The notes beneath the pieces were generated by a model that ran no database searches, had not been told where the DNA came from, and saw only the letters and a program-made list of their open reading frames with translations. A stretch of DNA of 63,854 bases, filler included, from Aduncisulcus paluster (Eukaryota), in the NCBI GenBank assembly GCA_024181965.1. It is 15 parts of 15 records of this genome, joined end to end, with 100 filler letters (N's around TTAATTAATTAA, not from the genome) between each part and the next. Parts side by side here need not be neighbours in the genome. Positions count along the whole stretch, not along the records: positions 9,458 to 23,865 come from BQXS01000263.1; positions 23,966 to 26,158 come from BQXS01000265.1; positions 26,259 to 27,667 come from BQXS01000266.1; positions 27,768 to 29,320 come from BQXS01000267.1; positions 29,421 to 30,940 come from BQXS01000268.1; positions 31,041 to 55,930 come from BQXS01000269.1; 9 more parts are not named here. One strand, 5' to 3'. The translations under genes were made by a program, and so were the position numbers. Each line of letters opens with the position of its first letter. The first letter of the stretch is position 1. Below, one piece after another: positions 21,701-33,662 of the stretch.

Positions 21701-22474
21701 ATGATGCGGCTCATTTTCATCCTTATTCTTTTCGTCAAACCTCATTTGTATTCTGGAGGGCAACGAATGCTCAGGTTCATGGGAAATAGACGATATTACA
21801 TTGATAGCACCCATCGGAGTATGAAAATCACTGGACCCACCACGGATAAGTTCATGACCGGAATTTTGAGATGTAATAGACTTTTGAGGAGAGGATATTA
21901 AAGATTCTAATGAAGAGTGCTCACCGGATTTTTCAATCTCTGTCGAGTTCTTCGAAGAAGCGGACTCAGACAAGGAATCCTCCGAATAAGAATTTAAAAT
22001 TATGGAATGTTCATCATCTGGCTTTTTTTGCTTAGGGGATGGCAATAGAGGAGGTTCGCGACGAAGAGAAGTAATTTCGAAAATTGAAGATATTGGGGAA
22101 ACAAGAGAATCAGCAGATTTTGGAAATTTCTTATTTTCGCCTGATGATAATCGGTATTTGGGTAATCCACTCTGTTGAAATCCAGAAGGAGTTGCTGGAA
22201 TCTTATCGAGAGGTTTGATTTTCTTTTGACTCGGTGGTGTATCAATAGGAAACTTTTTCAGGGGTTTTCCCTTAAGAGCTTGATCAATTTGTTTTTTTGA
22301 CTTCAAAGAACGATCAATAATAGCTCGCCGCTTTTTTCTAACATGGCTACGTCTGAATTTAGAACTACGATGTGATGGGGAAGAAGATTTATAAGTGTTT
22401 TCAGCTTGATTAGGGTTATTTTCATCAGGGAAATCAAAAGTAGTATCATAGAAAGCACTCCACGCATCCATCAA
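18752..22474 (-). CDS. Low-complexity Ser/Asp/Lys-rich hypothetical protein
   Basis: Long ORF with ATG in an AT-rich flank; 20425-20671 is duplicated across the N20 gap; no domain recognised. Confidence 0.75.
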   Translation of the reverse strand: MMDAWSAFYDTTFDFPDENNPNQAENTYKSSSPSHRSSKFRRSHVRKKRRAIIDRSLKSKKQIDQALKGKPLKKFPIDTPPSQKKIKPLDKIPATPSGFQQSGLPKYRLSSGENKKFPKSADSLVSPISSIFEITSLRREPPLLPSPKQKKPDDEHSIILNSYSEDSLSESASSKNSTEIEKSGEHSSLESLISSPQKSITSQNSGHELIRGGSSDFHTPMGAINVISSISHEPEHSLPSRIQMRFDEKNKDENEPHHHSLSVKQEVFPRISAASPFHDPHLTQIDFQSSYHRSHRSDRSLRQHLHSSSSSSSSSPSSSSVDVSASPCPVFNEVTIPFRSKREKRIVGHNPQTRSDESPFTSIDGILPKLPTSLRLRDFTSNPRQQSKYGQSTRIDSPLVIDIPPRTLDQRYSLSGWASRTPLRPKRYSTTTDKTISERISKDGHKDTIEMLDIDEYGHVSDAQSGPKHLLSGVMGEDSLLLSPDVDNDLDSLSMRSSHSQGKFTLLRAVSFPDKENIPPGSDLNKDQISDNAVQIKDKSIALGGIDVSKSSTKISATPIKLNTSAQTSDSLLLSSRHKKPSHSAYETRSKKENXXXXXXXPDKENIPPGSDLNKDQISDNAVQIKDKSIALGGIDVSKSSTKISATPIKLNTSAQTSDSLLLSSRHKKPSHSAYETRSKKENSTDIRLNPSYSSMIFPLLMHTMSLKEDINEIRRESREREHRMSTELSFGQRKGYTVHPYNHKSHNHGYYHIPFRHSPSPPSYPVCDESHLLGATDIMMKYGYSNQTDTEGKEIRLDREQGNQKKDIFPDISQKPSDKDLHDDKHDDKDIHDGIVSHQSLDKALDNPEPNDPYIAQSQDESFGPHDYGDIDVSNGDSINHRVDKQDRIVGDMIGIESRIDEQDEQDEQEKESPSFKKAGSESSSQQGDDQESEMSDSVTTKDKRGDKSKDSQTHIDAHKSLASLPSSFTEIWSDTVQDNVEIAMGLSRNQYHRNATLHDDHVESESSLSSLSSRAEATKRLPTFSTLVSRIGALNKSQEQQSRKKNGQDSLIIDEQWYQQERRKEAERKKRSAKIRKMNRKARKDAKQLRIKKELYGHSKQLWHFLGSLDYPLDESLTSALLRSEGKERPSLLADWFKTFGDKYKQWSTNQGLEPMHWGLFPSREKEREEEEESERDPAFIESNSENEYDYSQIEEESDEYSEYSEQDLLISEVLSEPEFIDDVPTFYALTRPKEAKK

Positions 22475-22956
22475 AATAATTCACAGCTAAATAAACAAAA
22501 TAAAGCAGGAATATACCAATAAATTAAATTAAAAACGTTTTGAGATAATGAATGATGTGGCAAGGAAATCTGATAAAATCAATAATACCATCATTCCGGC
22601 AATGTTTTCTAAAACACAAATGATGGAAAGCAACCCTCCAATCATGGAGCATTACATAATATAATCTCAGAATAATGATCGAAATATATAACATTTATAA
22701 ATTTATGTCAAAATACAAACAAGAATAATGACAATTGATATTCAAGGAGGAAATATGAATTTACACAATTAATAACCCCATTTTTAAAGACATTTTAGCT
22801 TAACATCAATAATATCCCAAAAATAATTCTAATATTATCTCAATATCACATCAAACATGACAATTTCTTCTTACATGGCTTATATTCACTAAACATTTAT
22901 TTCAATAAATAAAATCAAAATACATTTAGAAATAAACAGTAATATAATGTTTTATT

Positions 22957-23865
22957 CTATTCTAAATAAGATTTTGGGAGACCCATTGAAATTCCATCCA
23001 TTTTTGGTTTTGTTGGAGCTTGATCCATAATTTGAGGGACAGGGTCATCGAAATAGACTGTACTATCGTCTTTCCTTTGTTGTTGATCAAACTCATCATC
23101 ATCAAATGTCTCATCAAGCATCATAGGATTATTCGAGCTTGCTCTGTATGGATCATCGTGGTGCCATTCTGAATTATCATCGCAAGCAGAACATGAATCC
23201 GTGTCGAATACATTGGCAGGATGAGTGAATGATATGTGTGGAATTATATCGTCGAATACAACAGTATCATCCTCATCTAAGAAATAGTTTTCTTTTTCCA
23301 CCTTTTGAAACAATTGGAATGAGCCTTCATCATCGAGAACAGACCCATCATGTAGAGATATGAGGTTTTCATCAGGGATGACCGAGTGAGATTCAGAAAT
23401 AGACCGATCTTCACTATACATAATCAAAGGTCCATCTTGATGAATCACAGGAGAAGAGAGTCGGCGAGTTCCTTCACTTTTGAGCACAGTTTGATCTTTT
23501 TCATATTGTTTCTTTGTTCCTTGAGCTCTCACTCTCCCCCTTTCTTCCAATCGTACAGTAGCCTGCCGAGAGTCCCTTTTCCTCCTCTTCTCTTCGCCCA
23601 CAACATCTCCGTCCTTTTCTTCTTCAGGTGGAGGGTGTATATGATTGAATACACTTATTACACCGGCAGGAAGAGAAGAGGATGAACGCACAATACCCCT
23701 GTGACTGGTTAACTGAGCTGTAGAAGATGACGTTGACGGTTGAACAGTGAATGTAGCTCTTCTCTCCTTCAAGTGGTCTGTCAAAGGTTCCTTCGATCGT
23801 TTAGAACTCAATAACTCTCTCTGTGAGGTACTATGCTTATGAACAGAGGGTTGGGTGTCTTGATC
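22957..23865 (-). CDS. Hypothetical acidic protein, 5' truncated
   Basis: Frame is open to the contig end; coding-like composition compared with the AT-rich downstream flank. Confidence 0.65.
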   Translation of the reverse strand, partial: DQDTQPSVHKHSTSQRELLSSKRSKEPLTDHLKERRATFTVQPSTSSSTAQLTSHRGIVRSSSSLPAGVISVFNHIHPPPEEEKDGDVVGEEKRRKRDSRQATVRLEERGRVRAQGTKKQYEKDQTVLKSEGTRRLSSPVIHQDGPLIMYSEDRSISESHSVIPDENLISLHDGSVLDDEGSFQLFQKVEKENYFLDEDDTVVFDDIIPHISFTHPANVFDTDSCSACDDNSEWHHDDPYRASSNNPMMLDETFDDDEFDQQQRKDDSTVYFDDPVPQIMDQAPTKPKMDGISMGLPKSYLE

Positions 23866-24178
23866 NNNNNNNNNNNNNNNNNNNNNNNNNNNNNNNNNNN
23901 NNNNNNNNNTTAATTAATTAANNNNNNNNNNNNNNNNNNNNNNNNNNNNNNNNNNNNNNNNNNNNTAGCGTTTATCGCTGCAAGTGTAAACAATTTTTGT
24001 TTTCATTGTATGTAAATTCTTCTTAAAGTGATTCAATTGTTTCTTATTTCCCTCTTTTCATGTCCCTTGATCATATTTCCACTAACAATATTGACTGGGG
24101 TTTTTTTATACAATTCTTTTAAGATTATCACTTTTGAACCATATTATTCATTATAATTCTATTTCAATACGATAGTTA

Positions 24179-26158
24179 ATGAGTTCATTCACAACCACAA
24201 GTCCTGAAGAAAAGGATGACGTTGAAGTTCAAATTGTGGAGCCTTCAATTGTCGATCTTGAGTTTATTCGTGAAGGAAGTGTGAATTGCTGTCCAATCTC
24301 TCGAGATACCCCCGATGTTATGAGTCCAGAGTTTCCAAAAATCAAAGCAAGAGATGGAACCTTTGAAGGATGTGATGAAGAGTACGATAACACTGATGCA
24401 CAAGATGTGATGTTTGGAGAGGAGGTTTATGGAAGCTTTTCCCACATCTCTATTCCTTTCTCGTCATCTTCGCCAATCAAAGGTGTATATATCTGTTATG
24501 ATGGGTTTGGTCAACAAAGATCTTTATATCTTATCTTCACTTTTTCTTCCTCAAGCAATGAGAAAACTTCCAGGAAATGTTATTTTCCTGAATATCATGA
24601 AGATGATGAAGAATTATTTCATAAAGATTGGTTCTATCTTCCTATTGATCTCTCTGATGTCGTACTCTGTGAGATTAGTGGGAAAGGAAGGCAGAGGTAT
24701 GGAAGAAAAAATGACAATTTTGCAATAGAATCCCTCGTTTTCGTTCGAGAAGAAACCTCTGAGGAAGCCAAAATTCGTGAAGCCAAAGAGAACCTCTGGT
24801 CTGAAGCTCCAGTTGTGAAAGCAGAGTTTATTAAGGAAGAAGATGTTGATAAAAAAGAATCCACTCCAATATATGCCTCAAAAATACTTGTTGAACCTTT
24901 ATTTTCAAAGATAACTGCAAAAGATGATTCCAAAAACAAGGAATCTGAGGAGTATGATCTTAGTGAAGATGTACAGGAAAAAATGGAATATTCTTTCGGA
25001 TTTTTATCACTGTCACATATTTCTTTGCCATTTGGCTCCCCAAACCATATAGATGGTGCATATATCTGTGTTGATCATACTAGTTCACCCTCTCTCCTCT
25101 TTACTTTCACTGATTCTGATGGTAGAAAGATATACAAGAAGTATGAATTCATAAAACCTAAACGCAAATACGAATATGAATGGCACTTACTTCCTATTGA
25201 TCTGTCAAATGTTGTATTGTGTGAGATTGAAGGAAAAGGAACGTGGTTAGAGGAGAATAGTCGGGTGTTTGGAATGAAACACCTTTTTTTCTATCAGAAT
25301 TATCCATCTCTCGCTATTTATTCATTCTCAGATCCTCCTGCCTATGAAATCCCAACTATCACCATTCCACAGAAATTTATTCAGGAAGGAGGTATCGGAT
25401 GCATTCCAATCCTTCGAGATTCTCCCAATATGCTGAATCCAGATTATCCACAGATTACAGCTAGAAATGGAAGATTTAAAGGAAATAGGTATCATTATGA
25501 TCAAAGTTCTAATGCCCAAAGAATGTTGAAAGGGTGGGCTGGAGGTGAGTTTAGTCACATTTCCATTCCATTTCTTTCCTTTTCACCGATCAAAGGTGCT
25601 TATCTCTGTTTAAATGATGGTTATGGTAATAATATTCCACGATGTCTAATCTTTACTTTCACGACTTCGAAGAGTGAGAAAACGTCCAAAACATTTAAAT
25701 TTCCAAGATTTGAAGGTTATTCTTGGTTTTTCCTTCCTATTGATCTCTCTGATGTCGTATTGTGTAAAATTACTGGGGAAGGACGTGATTGGCGGGAAAA
25801 GGATAGTTTTAAAATAGAATCTCTCGTTTTCTTTCGAAAAGAAACCCTTGAAGAAGCTTTTGCTCGTGAAGCTAGAAATAGAGAGAAACTCTGGTCTGAA
25901 GCCATTTCTGTGAAACCAAAGATTATAAAAGATGAAGATGTAGAATTTGAACCTGTTGGTTCCGATTTTCCTGATTTTGATTGTTCAACTGTAATTAAGC
26001 CTTCATTTTCAATGGTTAAGGGATCTAATTTAACGCGAATTATGGACTCTAAGCGGTATGTTTCTTCCCAAAAGTTGTTAGAAAAAGGATGTAGGTTTGA
26101 GCGAGCAACCGAGTATGAATCGGTTTTATTATCCCATCTTTCTATTCCTTTTTCGTCT
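24179..26158 (+). CDS. Protein of about 3.5 tandem ~190-aa repeats (lineage-expanded family), 3' truncated
   Basis: Repeating motifs EFI.EG, SH[IL]S[IL]PF (x4), KG[VA]Y[IL]C, L.FTF and W..LPIDLS.VVLC.I.G.G (x3). Confidence 0.9.
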
Positions 26159-26258
26159 NNNNNNNNNNNNNNNNNNNNNNNNNNNNNNNNNNNNNNNNNN
26201 NNTTAATTAATTAANNNNNNNNNNNNNNNNNNNNNNNNNNNNNNNNNNNNNNNNNNNN

Positions 26259-27667
26259 TCCCTTTCCGAGGGATATGGTCTCGTTGTACCTGCGGAGTGG
26301 TGAAATTTCCAAGGCGGCTGATTTGCTCAGTGAGCTTCTTGAAGAAGATCCTCATGACTTGAGACTGTTAACCCTCGGTGCGGATGTATTCCTTGAACGC
26401 GGGATGCCGGATAAAGCAATAGCCAGCCTTGAAGAGATTTTAAAACTGAAGCCTCGTCGGATTCCTGAGTTGCGCAAGCTTGTTCAGGTTTTTGAATGGA
26501 ATGTAATGCCCCGTGAAGCGCTTCATACCTGGAAAAAGATTTCTAAGATTGACCCGGAAAAGTTGGAGCCTTTGGAAAAGATGGTGATGTATTACCGCTA
26601 TTTCAATATGTTCCCGCAGGAAGTAGGTGCTATAATCAAGCTTAATGAGTTGCAGGGTAAGAGACCGTTCAGCGACAATTTTATGATTGTGCTCAATGAT
26701 GAAATTGAGCGTCTAGGAAAAGAGCATGCCATAACCTCGGATAACCCCTATCTCAATTTCTTGTTGCAGCGGTTGTTTATCGTCGGAGAACAGTTCAAGG
26801 CTGAAACTGAGGCCAGAGCGGAAGTTGGGGAGAAAGTCGATTTTCTGCAATTCGTAATATATGTGCTGGAATATTTTGTAGCCGTGGACCGTATGGACGA
26901 GGGGTATGAATATGCTGCGCGTATGGATAAACAGGCTGGTATAGATGTTGAGAGCAGGATGCAACTTGTTAAGGTTTTGGGCTGGTCCGGTGATTATGAC
27001 CGTGCTTTGGATATAGCACAAAGGCTACTCAAGATTAGCCCGGATAATATTACACTGCTGACTGAAACAGCATGGATGGCCCGCAGTGCATCCAGAAATG
27101 ATCTGGCGCAATTGGTGCTGGAAAAACTAGTCCAGATCGAGCCGGATAATACTGCTCATCAACAGGCTCTTGGCGATGTTTATATGCAGACCGGTAATCA
27201 TCGCAAAGCTGTGGATCTCTTTCGCAGGTTGGCTGAGCGGATCGGCAGTTGGCTTTCTTATGCACATGATATGTTGCGGGCGGCCTTGTTCAGCGAAGAC
27301 CGGGAACTAATGGCTGAAGTTGTTGAAGAGACCAAGACTGCCGATATTTCAGAGCCGGACTATTTGCGGACCCGCGGGGAACTGCTGCTTACTTTGGAAC
27401 GACCGCGCGAGGCATATGATACCTTGCGCAAGGTAGTGGACAGCCCCGGTGCGACTCTGGCTGATTACCAGAGCCTTATTGATGCAGCTGCGACCACTAC
27501 AGATAACAAGTTGCTGGCAGATACAGTGGAATTGGCCCTTAAAGTTTACCCTGATGATATAAGTATCATGCGTACTGCCGGAGCAGCGTACATCAATGTT
27601 AATAAGCCTTACAAGGCCTACCGTATTTATCGCGAACTGCTGAAAAGAGAACAAGAGCAGCAAGATA
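26259..27667 (+). CDS. Bacterial TPR protein, PelB-like; both ends truncated
   Basis: Tandem TPR motifs; LVQVFEWNVMPREALHTW resembles PelB repeats; about 48% GC and bacterial codon usage, unlike the flanking contigs. Confidence 0.7.
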
Positions 27668-27767
27668 NNNNNNNNNNNNNNNNNNNNNNNNNNNNNNNNN
27701 NNNNNNNNNNNTTAATTAATTAANNNNNNNNNNNNNNNNNNNNNNNNNNNNNNNNNNNNNNNNNNNN

Positions 27768-28568
27768 ATTTAAAACAGCTTCACGAGTACGTACAAAGAA
27801 GGCCAAATGATCTATGGAACGTTGCTCGGAGAGAAATTGAGCAAAAATTTCAATAGACAATGGGGTATTTACGCTTTTTCGTAAGCTAATGATGTTGCAC
27901 ATCAGGTCCCAACAGTTCTGAGTAACGATAGAGTTCACTCCATGAAGTTGTTTAAAATGATGGTAAACAAAGGCGGGAAATGATGTAAATGGGTCTAATT
28001 TATCATCACCATGAAAATGATCTTGCTCAAGATGTTTTTGTGGGTATGTCCGAAGTTTTTGTTTCATGATTTCATTTTGTTGCTCATATCGTAATCTGGC
28101 ATCATAGATATTATCAATTAATTTCATAATCAAAGCGGGTGGTTTAAGCTTAGATTGAGCTGAAGAGGTCAAGGATCCCAAAAGAGAACAAAAGGTTGGG
28201 AAAACAGAAGCAACAACTTCTGGAACTGGGATTCTACTGGGAGAACGAGAAATGGTTTTGGCTTGTTGTTGATTTGAAGTGGGCTGTTTTTGCGCTGGTT
28301 TGACAATTGTAGCAATGTACATTCCCTCATTACGATCGAAAACAAACTGTATGTTTTTAGTAATAAGAAACTTGTAAAAAGCTTCCTTCGACTTGTGATT
28401 AAGCGATGAAAATTCAATAACCTTTTTCATCTCGGAAATAAAATGTTGATATGCCACCAAAACAAATTGTAAACTGGCTTCGGCTTTTTTCACATTCTCC
28501 ATATTATCTTGAAGTATATTATCCACATAAATTGCTTTATAGATTCTATATTTGACTTTTGGATGCAT
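27768..28568 (-). CDS. Hypothetical protein with a helical domain resembling TSNAXIP1-like proteins of flagellated eukaryotes, 3' truncated
   Basis: FPAFVYHHFKQLHGVNSIVTQNCWDL...EIFAQFLSE...LAFF pattern; family assignment is tentative and from memory. Confidence 0.5.
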
Positions 28569-28732
28569 ATAAATCTAAGTGGTGGCGTTGCAACGAATTA
28601 ATAATCAAAATAGTGGGATCTGGAGAATAAAATTGCAATCTAATTTAGATTTATTATGGTAACATCACTATAATAAAGAACTACGATGGTGGAAATTGCT
28701 TTACATATGAAATTAGCTCAATAACAACACAT

Positions 28733-29320
28733 TCACTTTTTCACTTTTCTTCCTTTCTTTTTCCCCATACCTTTGTTTCCAACCCATTTTTCCTTCTTTC
28801 TTCGCTTTTTCTCCTGAACAATCTCCCTCATCAACTTTTGTTTTTCAGTCAGCTCCATCAAACTATCAGATTTCTCTTTTGTTTTCTTTACCTTTTTCTT
28901 CTTGGGTTTATCTTTTTCTTTTAAGACCTTCGTTTCCTTCTTCTTCTTCTTCATTACTTTCTTCTTTTCGGGTGTTCTGCGTTTTCCTTTCTTTTTATCA
29001 TCTTCATCTTCAAAAGACTCTTCCTCGTCATCTTTCATTGATTTCATAACAATCCGAAGCATTGCCCCGACCTTTTTGACCTTTTCCCTGTCAAGAAGCA
29101 TTGCACACCAATACATCCTCTCTTTTCCTTGTTCAACATTGGTCAGAATTTTTGACTTGGGGAGAGCGAATGAGATTACTGAACTAAGAAGAGCAAGGGA
29201 GGAGTCTTCTGGCCTGGCAAAATATGGAGCAGAGAGATCAAACATATCAAGAGGAGGGTGAGACTCAAGACGGTCGGAGACACTCGAAGAATGGGCCACC
29301 TTTTCAACTTCCTCTTCTTC
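28733..29320 (-). CDS. C-terminal part of a Lys-rich hypothetical protein
   Basis: Frame is open to the contig end; poly-Lys/Glu tail. Confidence 0.6.
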   Translation of the reverse strand, partial: EEEEVEKVAHSSSVSDRLESHPPLDMFDLSAPYFARPEDSSLALLSSVISFALPKSKILTNVEQGKERMYWCAMLLDREKVKKVGAMLRIVMKSMKDDEEESFEDEDDKKKGKRRTPEKKKVMKKKKKETKVLKEKDKPKKKKVKKTKEKSDSLMELTEKQKLMREIVQEKKRRKKEKWVGNKGMGKKKGRKVKK

Positions 29321-29520
29321 NNNNNNNNNNNNNNNNNNNNNNNNNNNNNNNNNNNNNNNNNNNNTTAATTAATTAANNNNNNNNNNNNNNNNNNNNNNNN
29401 NNNNNNNNNNNNNNNNNNNNTGGAGATCCACAAAAATATAAGTTTGAAAAATAATGTATAGAAAAAAAATATCGATAAATTGTTGCTTTATTTCGAATAA
29501 AAATAACTATTTTAGGAAAT

Positions 29521-29609
29521 GACCAAAAGTGGATCAAATTTGGTCGAAAATATCAGATCATTGTTTGATCCACTTTTGGTCTCGGATCAAAAAAGGATCA
29601 AATTTGGTC
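29521..29609. repeat. 18-bp perfect inverted repeat plus direct repeat of GGATCAAATTTGGTC
   Basis: GACCAAAAGTGGATCAAA (29521-29538) / TTTGATCCACTTTTGGTC (29564-29581); GGATCAAATTTGGTC occurs at 29531 and again near 29595. Confidence 0.85.
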
Positions 29610-29876
29610 TGTGAAATTGGTCCATGTTTGCTCTGGGACCATTTTCAGACGAAAATTTCCCACCATGTATTTTGATGCCATCAACATAGTATTGGAATTT
29701 TGTATTTTAAAAAATCGAAAAGGAAGGTTTTAGTTGTTGCTAATTATAATAAAGGCAACCAATTATTGTTTTAATTGGGTCATTACAATTGACATGATCG
29801 GATTTCGAAACAAACTCGTTTTGATGACGAAACTACAAGAATATAAAATTTAATAGTCTCTCAAGGATATTAATTT

Positions 29877-30940
29877 ATGACAGACACTTTGCCTTATTTA
29901 GTTTGGTTATCAAATTCTATTCCCAAATCGTCTGATCTTGACGATTTATACTATCGATCTTTCTCAACTATTAGTGTTGTCTTTTGGCAATTTTGTACAT
30001 CTAATGAAACCATTATTTCTCATCGAGAGGAAATTGCGATGTGTTTCAAATGTTTAGGTCTTTTCGCTTCGAATCGAATTAGTTATGATAATACTGTTGA
30101 ATTAAATCAATTTTTGCCTTACATGATCCAGGTAGAAACTCTTTTAAGAGAACAAGATAAGGAATTAGCTGATATTAATTCTATTACTGTAGATTTTTTT
30201 AAAATGGTGCTATATACTGTACAACGCTGTTTTTCTCTCCGAGTTTCGATATTCCATCAAATTTCTCCTCTTCTTAGTGAAATATTTACTCTTGGACAAG
30301 TGAAAACATTTAATATAGAACTTGTAGGGAATATTGTTGAAATATGTCAATGGTTCAATTTTACAGATGATTCCACTCTGAAAGATCCACTCTTGACGCT
30401 TCTTCTTCCTCACATTTTGCCTTGGATGAAGAAATATCCTTCTGATATAGCTCTGAAATGGTGGATGATTTTTTTGAGCAATATCACCATTGACAAAACC
30501 AATACTTATTCACCTTCACGTCGGTTTAATTTCATTCCGAATGAAGGTCGATGCTCTCAGCTCTGGTTTCTTTTCTATCCGATTTTGGATATAATTGTAG
30601 ATTCTGACACCAAACGTATTACGCCCGAATTGTTTTGTAGAAGTGTTCCAGATTGTTTTTTATTCTTTGCAAACTTGGCTTGCATTTCAACACAAGCTAT
30701 TGAAATATACGATAATCTTAAAGATATTCTTCTTGAAACTGTTGAGCAGCATGGTTTTTTCAGACCTTGGGCTGAACTTTTAACCAATTTATCTGAATAT
30801 CCTTGCATTTCTCGTCAGATGAATTCAAGATTTGATGATGAGATGGAAAAATACAAGGACTATGCAAAGCAAGCGACATATAGCAAGTATTTGCTAAATC
30901 GGTGTGATTCCTATTCCGACAAATGGAAGAAATTGGGTCA
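29877..30940 (+). CDS. Alpha-helical (ARM/HEAT-like) hypothetical protein, 3' truncated
   Basis: Long ORF with recurring helical motifs (FLSNIT, FFANLA, LLTNLS). Confidence 0.7.
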
Positions 30941-31040
30941 NNNNNNNNNNNNNNNNNNNNNNNNNNNNNNNNNNNNNNNNNNNNTTAATTAATTAANNNN
31001 NNNNNNNNNNNNNNNNNNNNNNNNNNNNNNNNNNNNNNNN

Positions 31041-33276
31041 GATTGACTGCTCTTGCTCTGATGCGGGAACAAGAACGAAGAGAATGCCAAAAACGGGAAG
31101 AAAAAGAGCATAAGAAGGAAGAAAGTACAGAATATTGTACATCATCCCCTCTACTTCCTGTTTCTCTCCCTCAGAAACCCTCTCCTGATCAACTTAAAGA
31201 AATTGACGATGAAAAACAGCGCCGTGATCCCATGTTGCATGAAAATTCTATTTCACTATTTGATTATTATACGTTGAAACAATATGAGGTTCCTATTGCC
31301 ACCTCTGTTCACTCTTCAACTCTCAAGTACCTCGAAAAAGAAAAAGAAAAAGATGAAGAGGAATATGCAAAGAATCCATGTGTTTCTGGCCCTACACAAT
31401 CCTCTTCTACCGCTCCTGATCTCTCCCTCCCCTCTCTCTTCTCCCTCTCTCTGTCTCAGGCGTCCACCCATGCCCACATCCTCATGCTCTCCTCTCTGTG
31501 TGAGACTGTGACTCTGCGAAATATATTATTCAAGAATAAGCGCTTTAGATCATTCTTTACAACCGATCGGATGCATTGTCCGACGACCATTCCCACCCTT
31601 TTCTCTATCCTTCTCCGTTGTCGTTCTTTATTCTACCGATCTTTCTCGATGTTCAAGGCAGATGTATCCCGGATGTGCAATGGTGCCCGGTATAATGCAA
31701 AGAATGTTCAGGGCGGGATTGTTGCTCTGTCCTGGGAATTGGAGGAGAGAATGATCAATGGGTTTATGACTTTATTGGATAACAATAGATCTGTATTCAA
31801 ACAGGTACACGAACTGATCTCCTCTGCCAAAAGTAGTGTGGATACTAAGCTTGAGGCAAGGGAAAAGAAAGATCTGAAGGAAAAGGCTGACTCCGAGAGT
31901 AAGAAGAAGAAGATGATCGTATTCAGTGATCTGAAAGATGAGGAGGAAAGAGAAGAGATGTCATTCGGGGATAAGGATAGACTTTCAACAGTGTCTGTTA
32001 TTGTTGCTAGTTCCCAGACCTCTGATGTGCTCGCTGAGGGAGATAAAATCAGCCGAGAAATGGATATCNNNNNNNNNNNNNNNNNNNNAATGGGTTTATG
32101 ACTTTATTGGATAACAATAGATCTGTATTCAAACAGGTACACGAACTGATCTCCTCTGCCAAAAGTAGTGTGGATACTAAGCTTGAGGCAAGGGAAAAGA
32201 AAGATCTGAAGGAAAAGGCTGACTCCGAGAGTAAGAAGAAGAAGATGAGCGTATTCAGTGATCTGAAAGATGAGGAGGAAAGAGAAGAGATGTCATTCGG
32301 GGATAAGGATAGACTTTCAACAGTGTCTGTTATTGTTGCTAGTTCCCAGACCTCTGATGTGCTCGCTGAGGGAGATAAAATCAGCCGAGAAATGGATATC
32401 GCAAGACCGATGGACACCTTTAAGGATGAAGAAGAGGAGAAAGAGGGAGATAGTGGGTCTGCTTCAGCCAAAAGGAGACATCTTCCTGATTCGCTGGGAA
32501 CTGAACAAACTGGCTGCAAGGAGACTATGACAGAAAGTGATATTATTAGGAGGATCAAGGCCTTTGAAGAGAATGAAAAGGTTAGGATAGCACAAATGAG
32601 AGAACAAGTGGAGCAAATTCAGTGTGAATTGGACAGAACAAAGGATAAGGAAAGTGATAAAAAGGCAGACTCCTCTAAGGATAAACATACAGGACCTAGT
32701 GGAGGTCTGATGGAGCATGTAGAAGGGAACGGCACTGATGTGGCACACCATCCATCAGAGCATACTGTAGAAGTTGCTGCAGATGGGACGGATTCACAAG
32801 GAGGTGTCCTTCACCCTTCTTTACCCACAAATATACTTGGGACTTCACATTCCTTATCTGTGAAGGTCAGTTATGACGGACAGGTGATTGGGGATGATCT
32901 GTTTCGGTCAAGCAACAATGAAGTGAAGAGTCAGACAGAATCTCAACATTCCCATATCTCACACCAAGAACAAGGCGAGGAAGAAAAAATAATATCTGGT
33001 GATGAGACGGCAATTTCTACAAATCATCCAAAGCAGAGAATGGCAAATGCTCGATATAAATCTGGTCAGCAAAAGTCAAGGGAAGAAGAAATTGAATTTA
33101 TTCCAACCATCGATCATAAGGATGAGTCTGAGGATGACGTTGGTTTGTTTAAACAAGTTGATTCGTCCACTCCTAAAGTTCAAAAAATGAAAGAATCTTT
33201 TCCAAAACAGCATATTCTGTCCAAGGCTCGTTTTGAGACTGATGAGGATAGTCTTGAAGATTTATTCGCAAAATAA
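31041..33276 (+). CDS. Hypothetical charged/low-complexity protein, 5' truncated; split in the ORF track only by the gap duplication
   Basis: 31757-32068 is repeated at 32089-32400 across the N20 gap; collapsing it joins the two ORFs. Confidence 0.75.
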
Positions 33277-33662
33277 GATTGTTTTGTTTTGAATGATAAA
33301 TAAATAATATTTCATACAATGACGTTTTACTATAATTTCAGGATTTCAAGATTAACCCCGATGATCCATTGCATTATTTGTAAGTTACGGAATGAAAATA
33401 ATTCAGTTCAATGGTTTTATTATCAATTATTGGTATATATTCAAAGTTCTTGCGTCAGCAATCAGTAACAAACAACCGGAACCCTCAGCGGTTCAACACT
33501 TAAAATAATTAACCGAAATTAAATTTTACCAATAAAAAAATTAATGATGAATATCTTTTCAAAGTTTTTTTGTGGGTTTATTTGTTTGAACATTTTCTCG
33601 TCTCTCTCTGATCAGAGTGGATCGTGGCGAAATTCAGATATTCTTTTTTTTCGTTCAAACTT

